Source of the DNA: an uncultured Woeseiaceae bacterium
GTDB lineage: Bacteria > Pseudomonadota > Gammaproteobacteria > Steroidobacterales > Woeseiaceae
Direction of reading: 5' to 3'
NCBI GenBank assembly: GCA_964606915.1
Contig: CAZSIQ010000005.1
Span: forward strand, 8,472 to 72,471
DNA length: 64,000 nucleotides
In this document: piece after piece, positions 26,582 through 34,473 of the stretch
Numbering within the stretch: position 1 is the first letter of the stretch
How the letters are laid out: the number at the start of each line of letters is the position of its first letter
Notes under the pieces: model-generated
Told to the model about the DNA's origin: nothing
The model's input: only the letters and a program-made list of their open reading frames with translations
Databases searched by the model: none
Position numbers and translations under genes: made by a program

Positions 26582-27424
26582 CTATTCGACGGTGTAGCCG
26601 CGGCCGGTCAGGCAGGCCTTGATTGCGCGATCGTAGATGGCCCTGTCCGCTCTCGCATCCTGCTCACCGCGCGTTGGATCGAAGCCGGACTCACCCATGG
26701 CGAAGCGGTGACACTCGAAGCGATCCAGGTCGATCTGCTCCTGCGACTGGCCCTGGGCAGGATAGACAATCGGGTCTGGTGACATGGCCTGCACCTGGGC
26801 GTCGGCTCCCGACGGCGGTGCCACGACAACGTAGTCGCGCGTTGACGGAGCGTAGACGTAGTAGGTTGAATTGACGTAAAAGTACCGACGCGGTCCGACC
26901 CAGACGCTGCGGAATCCGTACGGGAGGAACGCGACACGCGCCCCCACCGGTGAACGGACGACGACGTAGCCACCGCCACGACGCACGAGATAGACACCGT
27001 CAGCGTAGTAGTAAACGGTGGTGCCGATCGTAACGCGCGTGTGGCGTGCCGGCAGCGAAAGCAGGCGGACACCAATCCGGTAGCGCCAGTATCGCTCCCA
27101 GCGCTCGTCGCGTCGATCATCGATACGGTCGAGCCGGCGGTCGAGTCGATCATCCCAGCGGTCGTCACGTCGGTCGTCGCGCCAGTCGTCACGTCGGTCG
27201 TCGCGCCAGTCGTCACGTCGATCGTCACGACGCTCATCAGAACGCCGATTGCGTGAGTCGCCGCGGCGCTCTCTGCGGCGTTCCGGGTCTGCCTGCTGTA
27301 CTGCCACGGAGGCGCCCGTGGCGACCAGCGAGGAATGCAAACGGTCAGCCCGGGCGTCTTGCGAACAGGCGACGCCAACGACGAGCAGAGCAGCGAGCAG
27401 GTATATGGTTTTCATTGCCTTCAT
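26582..27424 (-). CDS. exported protein with an Arg/Asp/Trp repeat tract and a Tyr/Gly/Val-rich beta-like domain
   Basis: ORF starts at GTG 27448; the ATG at 27424 (MKAMKTIYLLAALLVVGVA) follows a GGAG-containing stretch (the A 9 nt upstream extends it to GGAGA) and AAGG directly abutting the ATG. Contains RRDDRRDDWRDDRRDDWRDDRRDDRWDDR, then YYYADGVYLVRRGGGYVVV. Confidence 0.6.
   Translation of the reverse strand: MKAMKTIYLLAALLVVGVACSQDARADRLHSSLVATGASVAVQQADPERRRERRGDSRNRRSDERRDDRRDDWRDDRRDDWRDDRRDDRWDDRLDRRLDRIDDRRDERWERYWRYRIGVRLLSLPARHTRVTIGTTVYYYADGVYLVRRGGGYVVVRSPVGARVAFLPYGFRSVWVGPRRYFYVNSTYYVYAPSTRDYVVVAPPSGADAQVQAMSPDPIVYPAQGQSQEQIDLDRFECHRFAMGESGFDPTRGEQDARADRAIYDRAIKACLTGRGYTVE
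27161..27229. repeat. 24-bp tandem repeat (about 2.9 copies) inside the CDS
   Basis: GTCGTCACGTCGGTCGTCGCGCCA at 27161-27184 and 27185-27208, with a partial third copy. Encodes the RDD(W)RDDR tract. Confidence 0.85.
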
Positions 27425-27466
27425 CCTTCGTGATCTCCAGGTAGGCACGTAGTGTTGTTCAGGGTG

Positions 27467-27515
27467 CGGACAAACCGATAATCATCCGCGGACAGTGTAG
27501 CGTCCGTAACGGACA
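27467..27515. promoter_or_regulatory. three phased CGGACA direct repeats (candidate regulator binding sites)
   Basis: CGGACA at 27467, 27489 and 27510, spaced 22 and 21 bp. The third sits in the palindrome GTCCGTAACGGAC. Divergent intergenic region between 27424 and 27626. Confidence 0.3.
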
Positions 27516-27625
27516 GTTTCCTTCTCCGGCGTATCACACCGGTCGTTGGGCTTCAGCTTGCAAATAGTGGCGGAGAAGCGGCGTTTGCTATGATTCGGCA
27601 TCGACGTTCCGTTCAGGTTATGCGC

Positions 27626-28666
27626 ATGAAAGCCGCCGTCTTCCACGCCTTCGGTGAACCACTGAACATTGAGTCAGTTCCCGATCCCGAGCCGAAACCG
27701 GACGGCGTCGTCATCTCGGTGCAAGCGACCGGACTGTGTCGCAGCGACTGGCACGGCTGGATAGGACACGATCCGTCGATCGCCCTGCCCCACGTGCCCG
27801 GTCATGAACTGGCCGGCGTCGTCGAGGCTGTCGGCAGGGACGTTGCGAACTGGAAGGCCGGCGACCGTGTGACCGTGCCCTTTGTCTGCGGCTGCGGAAC
27901 CTGCCCGCAGTGCGACAGTGGCAACCAGCAAGTCTGCGATCACCAGTCACAACCCGGGTTTTCTCACTGGGGCTCCTTCGCGGAGTACGTATCCATCGAC
28001 TACGCCGACGAAAACCTCGTCCGCCTGCCGGACGACATGGACTTCGTTACCGCAGCGAGTCTCGGTTGCCGATTCGTGACCTCCTTTCGGGCCGTGGTCG
28101 ACCAGGGCGGCCTGTCTGCCGGCGAGTGGGTCGCCATTCACGGCTGTGGCGGCGTTGGCCTGTCCGCCATCATGATTGCCCGCGCACTCGACGCGCAGAT
28201 TATTGCGGTCGATATCGACGCAGAGAAACTGGCATTCGCCCAACAGATCGGTGCTGATGTCACGATCAACGCGCTGGAGACAGACTCGGTGCCGAAAGCC
28301 ATCAAGGTGGCATCCAATGGTGGCGCGCACATCTCGATCGATGCGCTGGGAAGTGCAGAAACCTGCAAGAACTCGATCAGTTGCCTGCGGAAACGCGGGC
28401 GGCATATCCAGGTCGGGCTAATGCTGGGTGACGATGTCTGGCCGAAAGTGCCGATGCACCGCGTCATCGCGCACGAGCTCCAGGTCTATGGCTCACACGG
28501 CATGCAGGCGCACCGCTATCCGCAACTGCTCTCCATGATCCAGGCCGGTGAGCTGCAGCCGGATTTGCTGATCGGAAAGACCATCAGCCTGGAAGAGGCC
28601 GTGGTCGCGTTACCTGAGATGAATCGCTTTCCCGGAACCGGGGTCGCCGTGATCGATCGTTTCTAG
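27626..28666 (+). CDS. zinc-dependent alcohol dehydrogenase family oxidoreductase
   Basis: Start [23 protein letters not shown], structural-zinc Cys cluster [17 protein letters not shown], Rossmann GCGGVG. Confidence 0.85.
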   Translation: MKAAVFHAFGEPLNIESVPDPEPKPDGVVISVQATGLCRSDWHGWIGHDPSIALPHVPGHELAGVVEAVGRDVANWKAGDRVTVPFVCGCGTCPQCDSGNQQVCDHQSQPGFSHWGSFAEYVSIDYADENLVRLPDDMDFVTAASLGCRFVTSFRAVVDQGGLSAGEWVAIHGCGGVGLSAIMIARALDAQIIAVDIDAEKLAFAQQIGADVTINALETDSVPKAIKVASNGGAHISIDALGSAETCKNSISCLRKRGRHIQVGLMLGDDVWPKVPMHRVIAHELQVYGSHGMQAHRYPQLLSMIQAGELQPDLLIGKTISLEEAVVALPEMNRFPGTGVAVIDRF

Positions 28667-28700
28667 GCGGGCCGTTACCGCACGGTTCGTTCGCCCGGGT

Positions 28701-29183
28701 CTACTCGCCCTCTTCGACAGCACACTTTCCGCAGACACCCTTGATCTCGACAATGGCGTTCTGGGTCTGGAAGCCGTGTGTACCCGCGATCTCGTCCAGC
28801 AGGTTCTCAAGGGCAGGCGACTCGACTTCGTTTGCATCGCCGCAGGCCGAACACAAGAGGTAGTGACTCTCGTGGGTGTGTCCCGGGTCATCGCAGGCGA
28901 CATAGGAATGCGTGGATTCGAGTCGATGCACCAGTCCTACGCAGGTGAGGAAATCCAGGTGCCGATACACGGTCAGTGGCGCAATCTTCTTGCCCTTGAT
29001 CTTCTCAAGCACGGCAATGAGGTCATAGGCCGACACAGGTTTTTCCTGGGCCCGGATCGCGAGATAAGCCTCGCGGCGCGCCGGGGTCAGGCGTTTACCG
29101 GCGGTTTTGCAGCGCGACTCCGCGACACTGAGAATTTCGTCTGCAAGCGGGTACGACGCCGCTTTTTTAAGCTCTCCAGACAT
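28701..29183 (-). CDS. zur: zinc uptake regulator Zur (Fur family)
   Basis: 160 aa. AESRCKTAGKRLTPARREAY..., VSAYDLIAVL, PLTVYRHLDFL, VHRLESTHSYVAC and two CxxC pairs parallel E. coli Zur as I remember it. Sits at the end of a Zur-boxed operon. Confidence 0.85.
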   Translation of the reverse strand: MSGELKKAASYPLADEILSVAESRCKTAGKRLTPARREAYLAIRAQEKPVSAYDLIAVLEKIKGKKIAPLTVYRHLDFLTCVGLVHRLESTHSYVACDDPGHTHESHYLLCSACGDANEVESPALENLLDEIAGTHGFQTQNAIVEIKGVCGKCAVEEGE

Positions 29184-29233
29184 AAAAACCTCGATTATTC
29201 GTTCGCCACATTTCTGAAACTCTACGTTTTTGC

Positions 29234-30049
29234 CTACTGCTCAACCAGCTGGGCGTCATGCAGTTGGTAAACCGCACTGTCACTTTTCGCCAGCGGCTCG
29301 AAACGCCCCTCGATGACGACGGGTTCCCACGACACCTCGATGCCCTCGTCGGAGAAAACCTCGATCGCACCCGCGACACCGCCCGGTATGTGGAAAAAAC
29401 AGTGTGGCGGATTCGATGTCAGCAGGAACCACTTCTGCTTGCTGTCGGTCTCCAAAGGCATCATGAACCCGGCGATCTTTACCGTCTCACCGGCACGCTG
29501 ACTGACTTCATCAGGAAACGACGACAGCAGAGTGTACTCCTCGAAGGTGACCTCCGCCTCCAGCAGCTGCTCCCAGGGTATGCCGCCCTCAAAAACCTCG
29601 GGAATCGGCATCGTGAAGGCTTCAAAACTGATGATGTTGACGAGGATATCGATACTGGCATCGCCAACCGATACCGTCACGGTATCCAGTCCCATTTCTC
29701 CACCAATCAACGAGAACTCGAAGACGCCGTACTGGTTCGTTTCCGGGTACGGCGGCACATACAGTTCACTGGTGCCATCGATAGAGACCTCCAGGGGAGC
29801 GCCGTCCACGTACTCTTCACGCTCGGAAAGTACTTCAACGGCGATGTTTGCAAAGTCCTCCTGGTAAATATCGATGACCAGCCGGTCCTTCTCGTCCAGG
29901 TAGCCGTTCTCGACGATCGGTTTGAGTACCATCTTGCCGGCGTCATCAACACCCACGGTGTCCGTCGCCCCGTAAGCGAGCGCCGTCGTGAGCAGCAACG
30001 CAGCAACGGCGAGACAGGCAGTCAGTTTGTTGTTTACTTGGGGGGCCAT
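29234..30049 (-). CDS. DUF3299-domain exported protein (ZrgD-like) with an extra N-terminal domain
   Basis: 271 aa. Signal peptide ...LLLTTALAYG. C-terminal FMMPLE...KWFLLTSNPPHCFFHIPGG resembles the 174-aa paralog at 45511. Its ATG overlaps the permease stop (TGATG). Confidence 0.7.
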   Translation of the reverse strand: MAPQVNNKLTACLAVAALLLTTALAYGATDTVGVDDAGKMVLKPIVENGYLDEKDRLVIDIYQEDFANIAVEVLSEREEYVDGAPLEVSIDGTSELYVPPYPETNQYGVFEFSLIGGEMGLDTVTVSVGDASIDILVNIISFEAFTMPIPEVFEGGIPWEQLLEAEVTFEEYTLLSSFPDEVSQRAGETVKIAGFMMPLETDSKQKWFLLTSNPPHCFFHIPGGVAGAIEVFSDEGIEVSWEPVVIEGRFEPLAKSDSAVYQLHDAQLVEQ

Positions 30050-31362
30050 CAGGTTTCCGCCAGCGTTCGAGCCGGATCTGTCCGGTAAGCTTGCACGGCG
30101 GGAATGGCGGCTGCAATGACACCCACCGCAAACAAGCCAAGCAGCAAAAACGTCTCAACCGGCAACCAGATCCAGCCGGTCAGCGTGACACCGCGCGCGG
30201 TCTCCAGCCAGCCGCCCAGGAGCTCCATTGCGACATGCCCGGTGGCAAATCCAAGTGCAACACCGAACACCGACAGCAGCAGGCCTTCGAGCAACATGGA
30301 TACCAGCAGCTCGCCGCGTGTCGCACCAAGGCAGCGCAAGGTTGCCAGGTCACGGCGCCGGGCATGCAGAGACCCGTACAGCGCCGCGAACACCGACAGG
30401 CCGGCAGCGACAATCAGCACCCAGGCGAAGGTCCGAAGTCCGTCCAGTCCGACACCGATCAGTTGCAGCACCCGGGAAATCTCCACCGCCGGTGCTGCTG
30501 CCTGCAGTGCGGGGTCGGCGTTGATCAGGCGCGGCATCGACACGGCCGCCATCGGTGAGCGATAGCTCAGCAGCATCGCCGTTATTTCGCGTCGACTTTC
30601 GTCATGATCGGATGCGACCGCTTCCTCGGCAGCCTCCTGCGGCGCGCGATCCGGACCGGCTCGGGCGCCGAGCTGACGGATATCGACAAGGGCATGCCCT
30701 GACGGCCCGTTCGACGGGCGCTCCGCGCCATGCGAGTGACTGTGCTCGCTGGAATGCAGGTCCCAGACACTTTCCAGCGACGTGAGTATCAATCGATCAA
30801 CAACCGTGCCGGTCGGCGCCAGCACGCCAACCACCCGGTAAGGTTGGTAGTCGTGAATGTGGCCACCGTCGCCGAGCCCGTGAGAACCGGCGAAGCGGGA
30901 ACCCACCTTCAGCGATTCGGCGTCAGCCACCGCCGAGCCGACCACCGCTTCCATGGTGTGCGTCCAGCGACGGCCATCGGCCAGGCTAGCGTCGTAGATT
31001 TCCAGGATCTCGGCACGGGTGCCCACGATGCGAAAGTTGCGATAGCTGTCACCCAGTGACAGCGGCACAGCGCGGGCGATTCGCGGGTCATCCGCCCACC
31101 GGTCGGCAGCGGACTGCAGGATGTTTCCAGGAGGAACATCGGCGTGGTAGACCGCGGCCAACACCAGTTGAACCGGGCTGCCTTTGGCGCCGATAACAAG
31201 ATCGATCCCCCTCGCATCACGCGACATCGTCTCGGTCAATTGCGAACCGACCAGCAGAAGCAGCACGATACTGGCCGTTCCGAGGGTCATCAGCAGGACG
31301 TTGACCGCCGAACTGAGCGGCGACAAGGTGAGGTTTGCAAACGCGAGGCGCAGCCAGGTCAT
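30049..31362 (-). CDS. ABC transporter permease, FtsX/MacB type, with a His-rich periplasmic loop
   Basis: 437 aa. N-terminal TM, about 270-aa extracytoplasmic domain, three C-terminal TMs. HSSEHSHSHG insertion. Start overlaps the ATPase stop (ATGA). Confidence 0.8.
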   Translation of the reverse strand: MTWLRLAFANLTLSPLSSAVNVLLMTLGTASIVLLLLVGSQLTETMSRDARGIDLVIGAKGSPVQLVLAAVYHADVPPGNILQSAADRWADDPRIARAVPLSLGDSYRNFRIVGTRAEILEIYDASLADGRRWTHTMEAVVGSAVADAESLKVGSRFAGSHGLGDGGHIHDYQPYRVVGVLAPTGTVVDRLILTSLESVWDLHSSEHSHSHGAERPSNGPSGHALVDIRQLGARAGPDRAPQEAAEEAVASDHDESRREITAMLLSYRSPMAAVSMPRLINADPALQAAAPAVEISRVLQLIGVGLDGLRTFAWVLIVAAGLSVFAALYGSLHARRRDLATLRCLGATRGELLVSMLLEGLLLSVFGVALGFATGHVAMELLGGWLETARGVTLTGWIWLPVETFLLLGLFAVGVIAAAIPAVQAYRTDPARTLAET

Positions 31363-32006
31363 GCCGGCGCCCTCATGTCGAGCTCGGCATCGAGCAGGCC
31401 GCGAACGCGCTGGTCATGGGTAACCACCAGTAAGGCAGCACCGGCAGCAGCAGCCGTCTCTTTCAGCAAGGCGATCACCGTGTTCGCGTTGCTGTCATCG
31501 AGTGCGGATGTCGGCTCGTCAGCCATGATGATCGAGGGTCGGTGGACCAGCGCTCGCGCAATCGCGACGCGCTGCGCCTGCCCCTGGCTCAGCATGGACG
31601 GCTTGTGGTACAGGAGGTCCGTGAGACCCAGCCGCCCGCACAGGGCTAGCAGCTCATCATCGTCCACGTCGCTGCGTGCGAGCTTCGCGGCCAACTGAAT
31701 GTTGGCGCGGACATTCAGAGCGCGCATCAGGTGAAACTGCTGGAAAACGAGGCCGATTTGCCGGCCGCGAAAACGATCGAGCGCTGCGCCGCGGAGTTGT
31801 GACAGGTCCTGGCCCATCAGTCGGATGCGTCCGGAATCCGGCCGCAGCAGTCCCGCCAGCAGGTGCAGAAACGTCGACTTGCCGCAGCCGGATGGACCGA
31901 TAACGGCGAGGTTTGCCCCTTGTTCCAGCACACAATGGGCAAGCTCGACGACCGGACGGTCACCGTAGGCGAAAGAAAGATCAGTGATTTCGACGGCAGC
32001 GTTCAT
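31359..32006 (-). CDS. ABC transporter ATP-binding protein
   Basis: Walker A GPSGCGKST, signature LSQGQAQRV, Walker B IIMADEPTSALD. Confidence 0.9.
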   Translation of the reverse strand: MNAAVEITDLSFAYGDRPVVELAHCVLEQGANLAVIGPSGCGKSTFLHLLAGLLRPDSGRIRLMGQDLSQLRGAALDRFRGRQIGLVFQQFHLMRALNVRANIQLAAKLARSDVDDDELLALCGRLGLTDLLYHKPSMLSQGQAQRVAIARALVHRPSIIMADEPTSALDDSNANTVIALLKETAAAAGAALLVVTHDQRVRGLLDAELDMRAPA

Positions 32007-32028
32007 ACGGGCAACGCGTAGGGGTCAG

Positions 32029-32475
32029 TCAGCTGGCAGACTCGCTTTGACTGTGTGCAGGCACCAGCGTTCGCAGTTCAGCCCGGAACGCAAACCAGTG
32101 CCAGAGATGTGCCGACGCCAGTGTGAAGGCGCCAACGACAGTCAGCGGCTCCTCGAAACGAGCCAGTGGCGGTACGAAGGTTCCCGCAAGCAACAGCAAG
32201 AGACCGGTTGTGGCGACGCCGATAAACAGGCGTTGACCGTCGCGAGCCAGCGATTTGTAGATAACCCAGAGCGTCGCCGGTGCGGCCAGCAACACGAGAC
32301 CGATGTGCACCGCCTCGTTCTCGGTGAAAGGGACAGACAGTGCCAGCAGCGAAATAAGCAGCGGTAGCGCCAGGCAGTGAATAATGCACGCAATCGACAT
32401 CACGGCCGCGAACAGGTCCGCTTTGGCGATGCCTGCCCCCGATAAGGGCGCTTGTGACGTCGTGCGTGTATTCAT
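32029..32475 (-). CDS. MerC-like inner-membrane protein (putative metal permease)
   Basis: 148 aa, four TMs. First TM carries CIIHCLALP (Cys-x-x-His-Cys). First gene downstream of Zur box A. Confidence 0.55.
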   Translation of the reverse strand: MNTRTTSQAPLSGAGIAKADLFAAVMSIACIIHCLALPLLISLLALSVPFTENEAVHIGLVLLAAPATLWVIYKSLARDGQRLFIGVATTGLLLLLAGTFVPPLARFEEPLTVVGAFTLASAHLWHWFAFRAELRTLVPAHSQSESAS

Positions 32476-32619
32476 GCGTTCGGGTTTCCTGGGTGACGGC
32501 GCTGACGGTTACCGGCGCTCGAGCGTAGGGTCACGAACCGGTCATCTGAGTCCGGCTCGGCATGTTCTGTGAAATGGCGGCTTGGCAGGATCCGGGGATC
32601 GCTGGCCACGATGGCACCA

Positions 32620-32642
32620 GAAACGTGATTTTATAACATTCA
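32620..32642. promoter_or_regulatory. Zur box A (operator of the merC-like/ABC/DUF3299/zur operon)
   Basis: Gene-strand TGAATGTTATAAAATCACGTTTC. About 18/23 match to the gammaproteobacterial consensus GAAATGTTATAWTATAACATTTC. Overlaps a TATAAA -10-like hexamer. 145 nt upstream of the ATG at 32475. Confidence 0.75.
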
Positions 32643-32671
32643 CACCATGGCGTACAGCGGCTCACCGTGAC

Positions 32672-32702
32672 GGAAAAAAGAAAGGCCCGGCGGAACCGGG
32701 CC
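32672..32702 (-). terminator. rho-independent terminator after the NTF2-like gene
   Basis: Stem GGCCCGG/CCGGGCC (32684-32702), followed on the minus strand by TTTCTTTTTTCC. Confidence 0.8.
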
Positions 32703-32794
32703 CAACTTGTCACGTCTGGAGAACGTGGTCACCGGGCATGGAGAGAGATGACAAACCCGGCGATTGCGATCCGACCAAGTGTCGGAGTCGCGCC

Positions 32795-33358
32795 TTACGG
32801 CTGGTACGGCAGTGATGAATCCTGCAGGAAGATCAGCACGCGGTTGTCTTCCGTCTTCACGTAGCCCTTCGTGTACTCAACCTTGGTTTCCGTACCGTCA
32901 GGACCGGTGAAGTAGTAGTGACCCATCGCAATAGCAATGTTGCCCTGCATTTTCACGGTGTGGTTGTCGAAACGGACGTTCGACCACGGACGCAGCGCAA
33001 AGCCCTTGTCTTCCGCGTACTTGTCGTTACCGGACACAAAGTAGCTCAGCGTGCCCTCGAGGTCCGGACGAAACGGCGTTTCAGCGGCCAGCGTCGGCTT
33101 GAACTGGATCGGACCCAGCTCAAACGCGTAGGCCGATTTGGCGGCGTTTTCAGCAACAGCAGCCGCGTCGTCACCGGCCTCACCGATGGCGACAACCGCG
33201 TCACCCCAGGCTTTCTGGGCGTTCTCGACGTCACTCTGGGTGATTGCCGGGCCTTTCGGCAACTCGTTCACATGGTCAGAAAATTCGCCCGCTTTCAGTG
33301 CAGACGAGAAAAGCATGGCCGAAGCCAGTACAACAACTTTCGAAACAGTCAAAGTCAT
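32795..33358 (-). CDS. secreted NTF2-like (cone-shaped alpha+beta) protein; possibly COG4337 / iota-carbonic-anhydrase-like
   Basis: 187 aa. Signal peptide MTLTVSKVVVLASAMLFSSALKA, AAGGAA RBS. Pattern FKPTLA...TLSYFV...KGFAL.PW..VRF...AMG.YYF...SSLPYQP. Family call is from memory only. Confidence 0.45.
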   Translation of the reverse strand: MTLTVSKVVVLASAMLFSSALKAGEFSDHVNELPKGPAITQSDVENAQKAWGDAVVAIGEAGDDAAAVAENAAKSAYAFELGPIQFKPTLAAETPFRPDLEGTLSYFVSGNDKYAEDKGFALRPWSNVRFDNHTVKMQGNIAIAMGHYYFTGPDGTETKVEYTKGYVKTEDNRVLIFLQDSSLPYQP

Positions 33359-33424
33359 GAGAGTTCCTTAACGTTAGGGGGGGTGGAGCGACGTTTTACG
33401 GATCGTCTTACCTATGGTCAATTC

Positions 33425-33447
33425 GAAAAATGATCGCCTAACACTTC
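33425..33447. promoter_or_regulatory. weaker Zur-box-like site C upstream of the NTF2-like gene
   Basis: Gene-strand GAAGTGTTAGGCGATCATTTTTC, about 15/23 to consensus. Abuts a TTGACC-17-TAAAAC promoter-like pair. Confidence 0.35.
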
Positions 33448-33465
33448 GAAAAAACCTGATAAAGG

Positions 33466-33489
33466 TGGGCCCGCCGGCAAGCGGGCTCA
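33466..33489 (-). terminator. stem-loop after folE2 (possible partial terminator)
   Basis: Stem TGGGCCCGC/GCGGGCTCA (one G-U pair) with a 6-nt loop. The T-rich tract is interrupted (CCTTTATCAGGTTTTTT). Confidence 0.4.
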
Positions 33490-33504
33490 ATAGCGGCGAA
33501 AGCG

Positions 33505-34407
33505 CTAGGTTACGGGCCGGGTTGACGCGACCGCATCATGCGCGTGCAGGCTCTCCAGGTGGGCAACATCCACCTCGACGCGAGCATAGTCATGCACCAG
33601 CGCATCGTGTACACGGCGCACCGCGTCCTCAACAAACATCAGGTTCTGGCCGTTGCGAGCTGCAAACGCCTGTTCGTCGATCCGCTTCACGGCGGTCTGA
33701 ACCGGCGTCGCGAGCGTTTGTTCGACGCGGTCGATCAAGTCAACCAGCCCGAAGTGTTCTGCGTCCTTGTCGATCCCGACCCGGACCTTGGCCACGCTGC
33801 GCTGGCTGTGTGGCGTCGCGAGAGTGGCGTTCTCCAGCAGCCACTCGGCGGCGTCCTTGACCGAGATGGTGGCCTCGGCGTCGAAGTCCGCAAGAAACCC
33901 GCGCTCGATAAGCTGACGCGCAAGCGCGGCAGAGCACGGACAGGTCGATGAGTAGGTCAGGTGAACCTCGGCATCGAGTGCAACGCCGCTCTCGTTCTGC
34001 TCGGCGCTCAGTATGACCGGGTAGGCACGCCAGCCGCCGATGTCGTCGCTTTCCAGCGCACCGCGCCAGACCAGCAGGTCGAGCGTGACACGAATTCGGG
34101 CCGCGGTGGTGTCACAGTCTTCGTGACTGGCGATCATGGCCTCCAGCTGCTGCGTCAGACGTTTCGGGCTCAGTGCCTTGCGCTCATCAAGTTCGTCGAC
34201 GAGCAGGTGCAGGCGAGACATGTGGATGCCTTTGGCGTTCGGGTCCGGCAGATTGACCTGGGCATCAACACGCGCGTGGTGTTCACGGCGATAGTCGCCC
34301 TCTTCCACAAGGACGGGCAGGTCGATGCCCTGCATGCCGACCCAGTCTATGGGCATGGCGTGTGCGGGAATTTCAAGGGCAGCAATATCGGGGAGTTTGG
34401 AGGTCAT
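33505..34407 (-). CDS. folE2: GTP cyclohydrolase I type 2 (FolE2, zinc-independent)
   Basis: 300 aa. IDWVGMQGIDLPV, KGIHMSRL, YSSTCPCSAALARQ, HSQRS, ESLHAHDA are FolE2/MptA-family signatures. Confidence 0.85.
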   Translation of the reverse strand: MTSKLPDIAALEIPAHAMPIDWVGMQGIDLPVLVEEGDYRREHHARVDAQVNLPDPNAKGIHMSRLHLLVDELDERKALSPKRLTQQLEAMIASHEDCDTTAARIRVTLDLLVWRGALESDDIGGWRAYPVILSAEQNESGVALDAEVHLTYSSTCPCSAALARQLIERGFLADFDAEATISVKDAAEWLLENATLATPHSQRSVAKVRVGIDKDAEHFGLVDLIDRVEQTLATPVQTAVKRIDEQAFAARNGQNLMFVEDAVRRVHDALVHDYARVEVDVAHLESLHAHDAVASTRPVT

Positions 34408-34473
34408 GTGGTTTCTTCAGTGCGAAAGAGGTAGCGCGTTCGCCGGCGAACGCGTCAGGTTTGAGCTCGTGGG

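Noticed and set aside
32029-32475. MerC-like gene as part of a mercury-resistance (mer) operon or mobile element
   Set aside because: There is no merR, merT, merP, merA or transposon genes. The gene sits behind a Zur box in an ABC importer operon.
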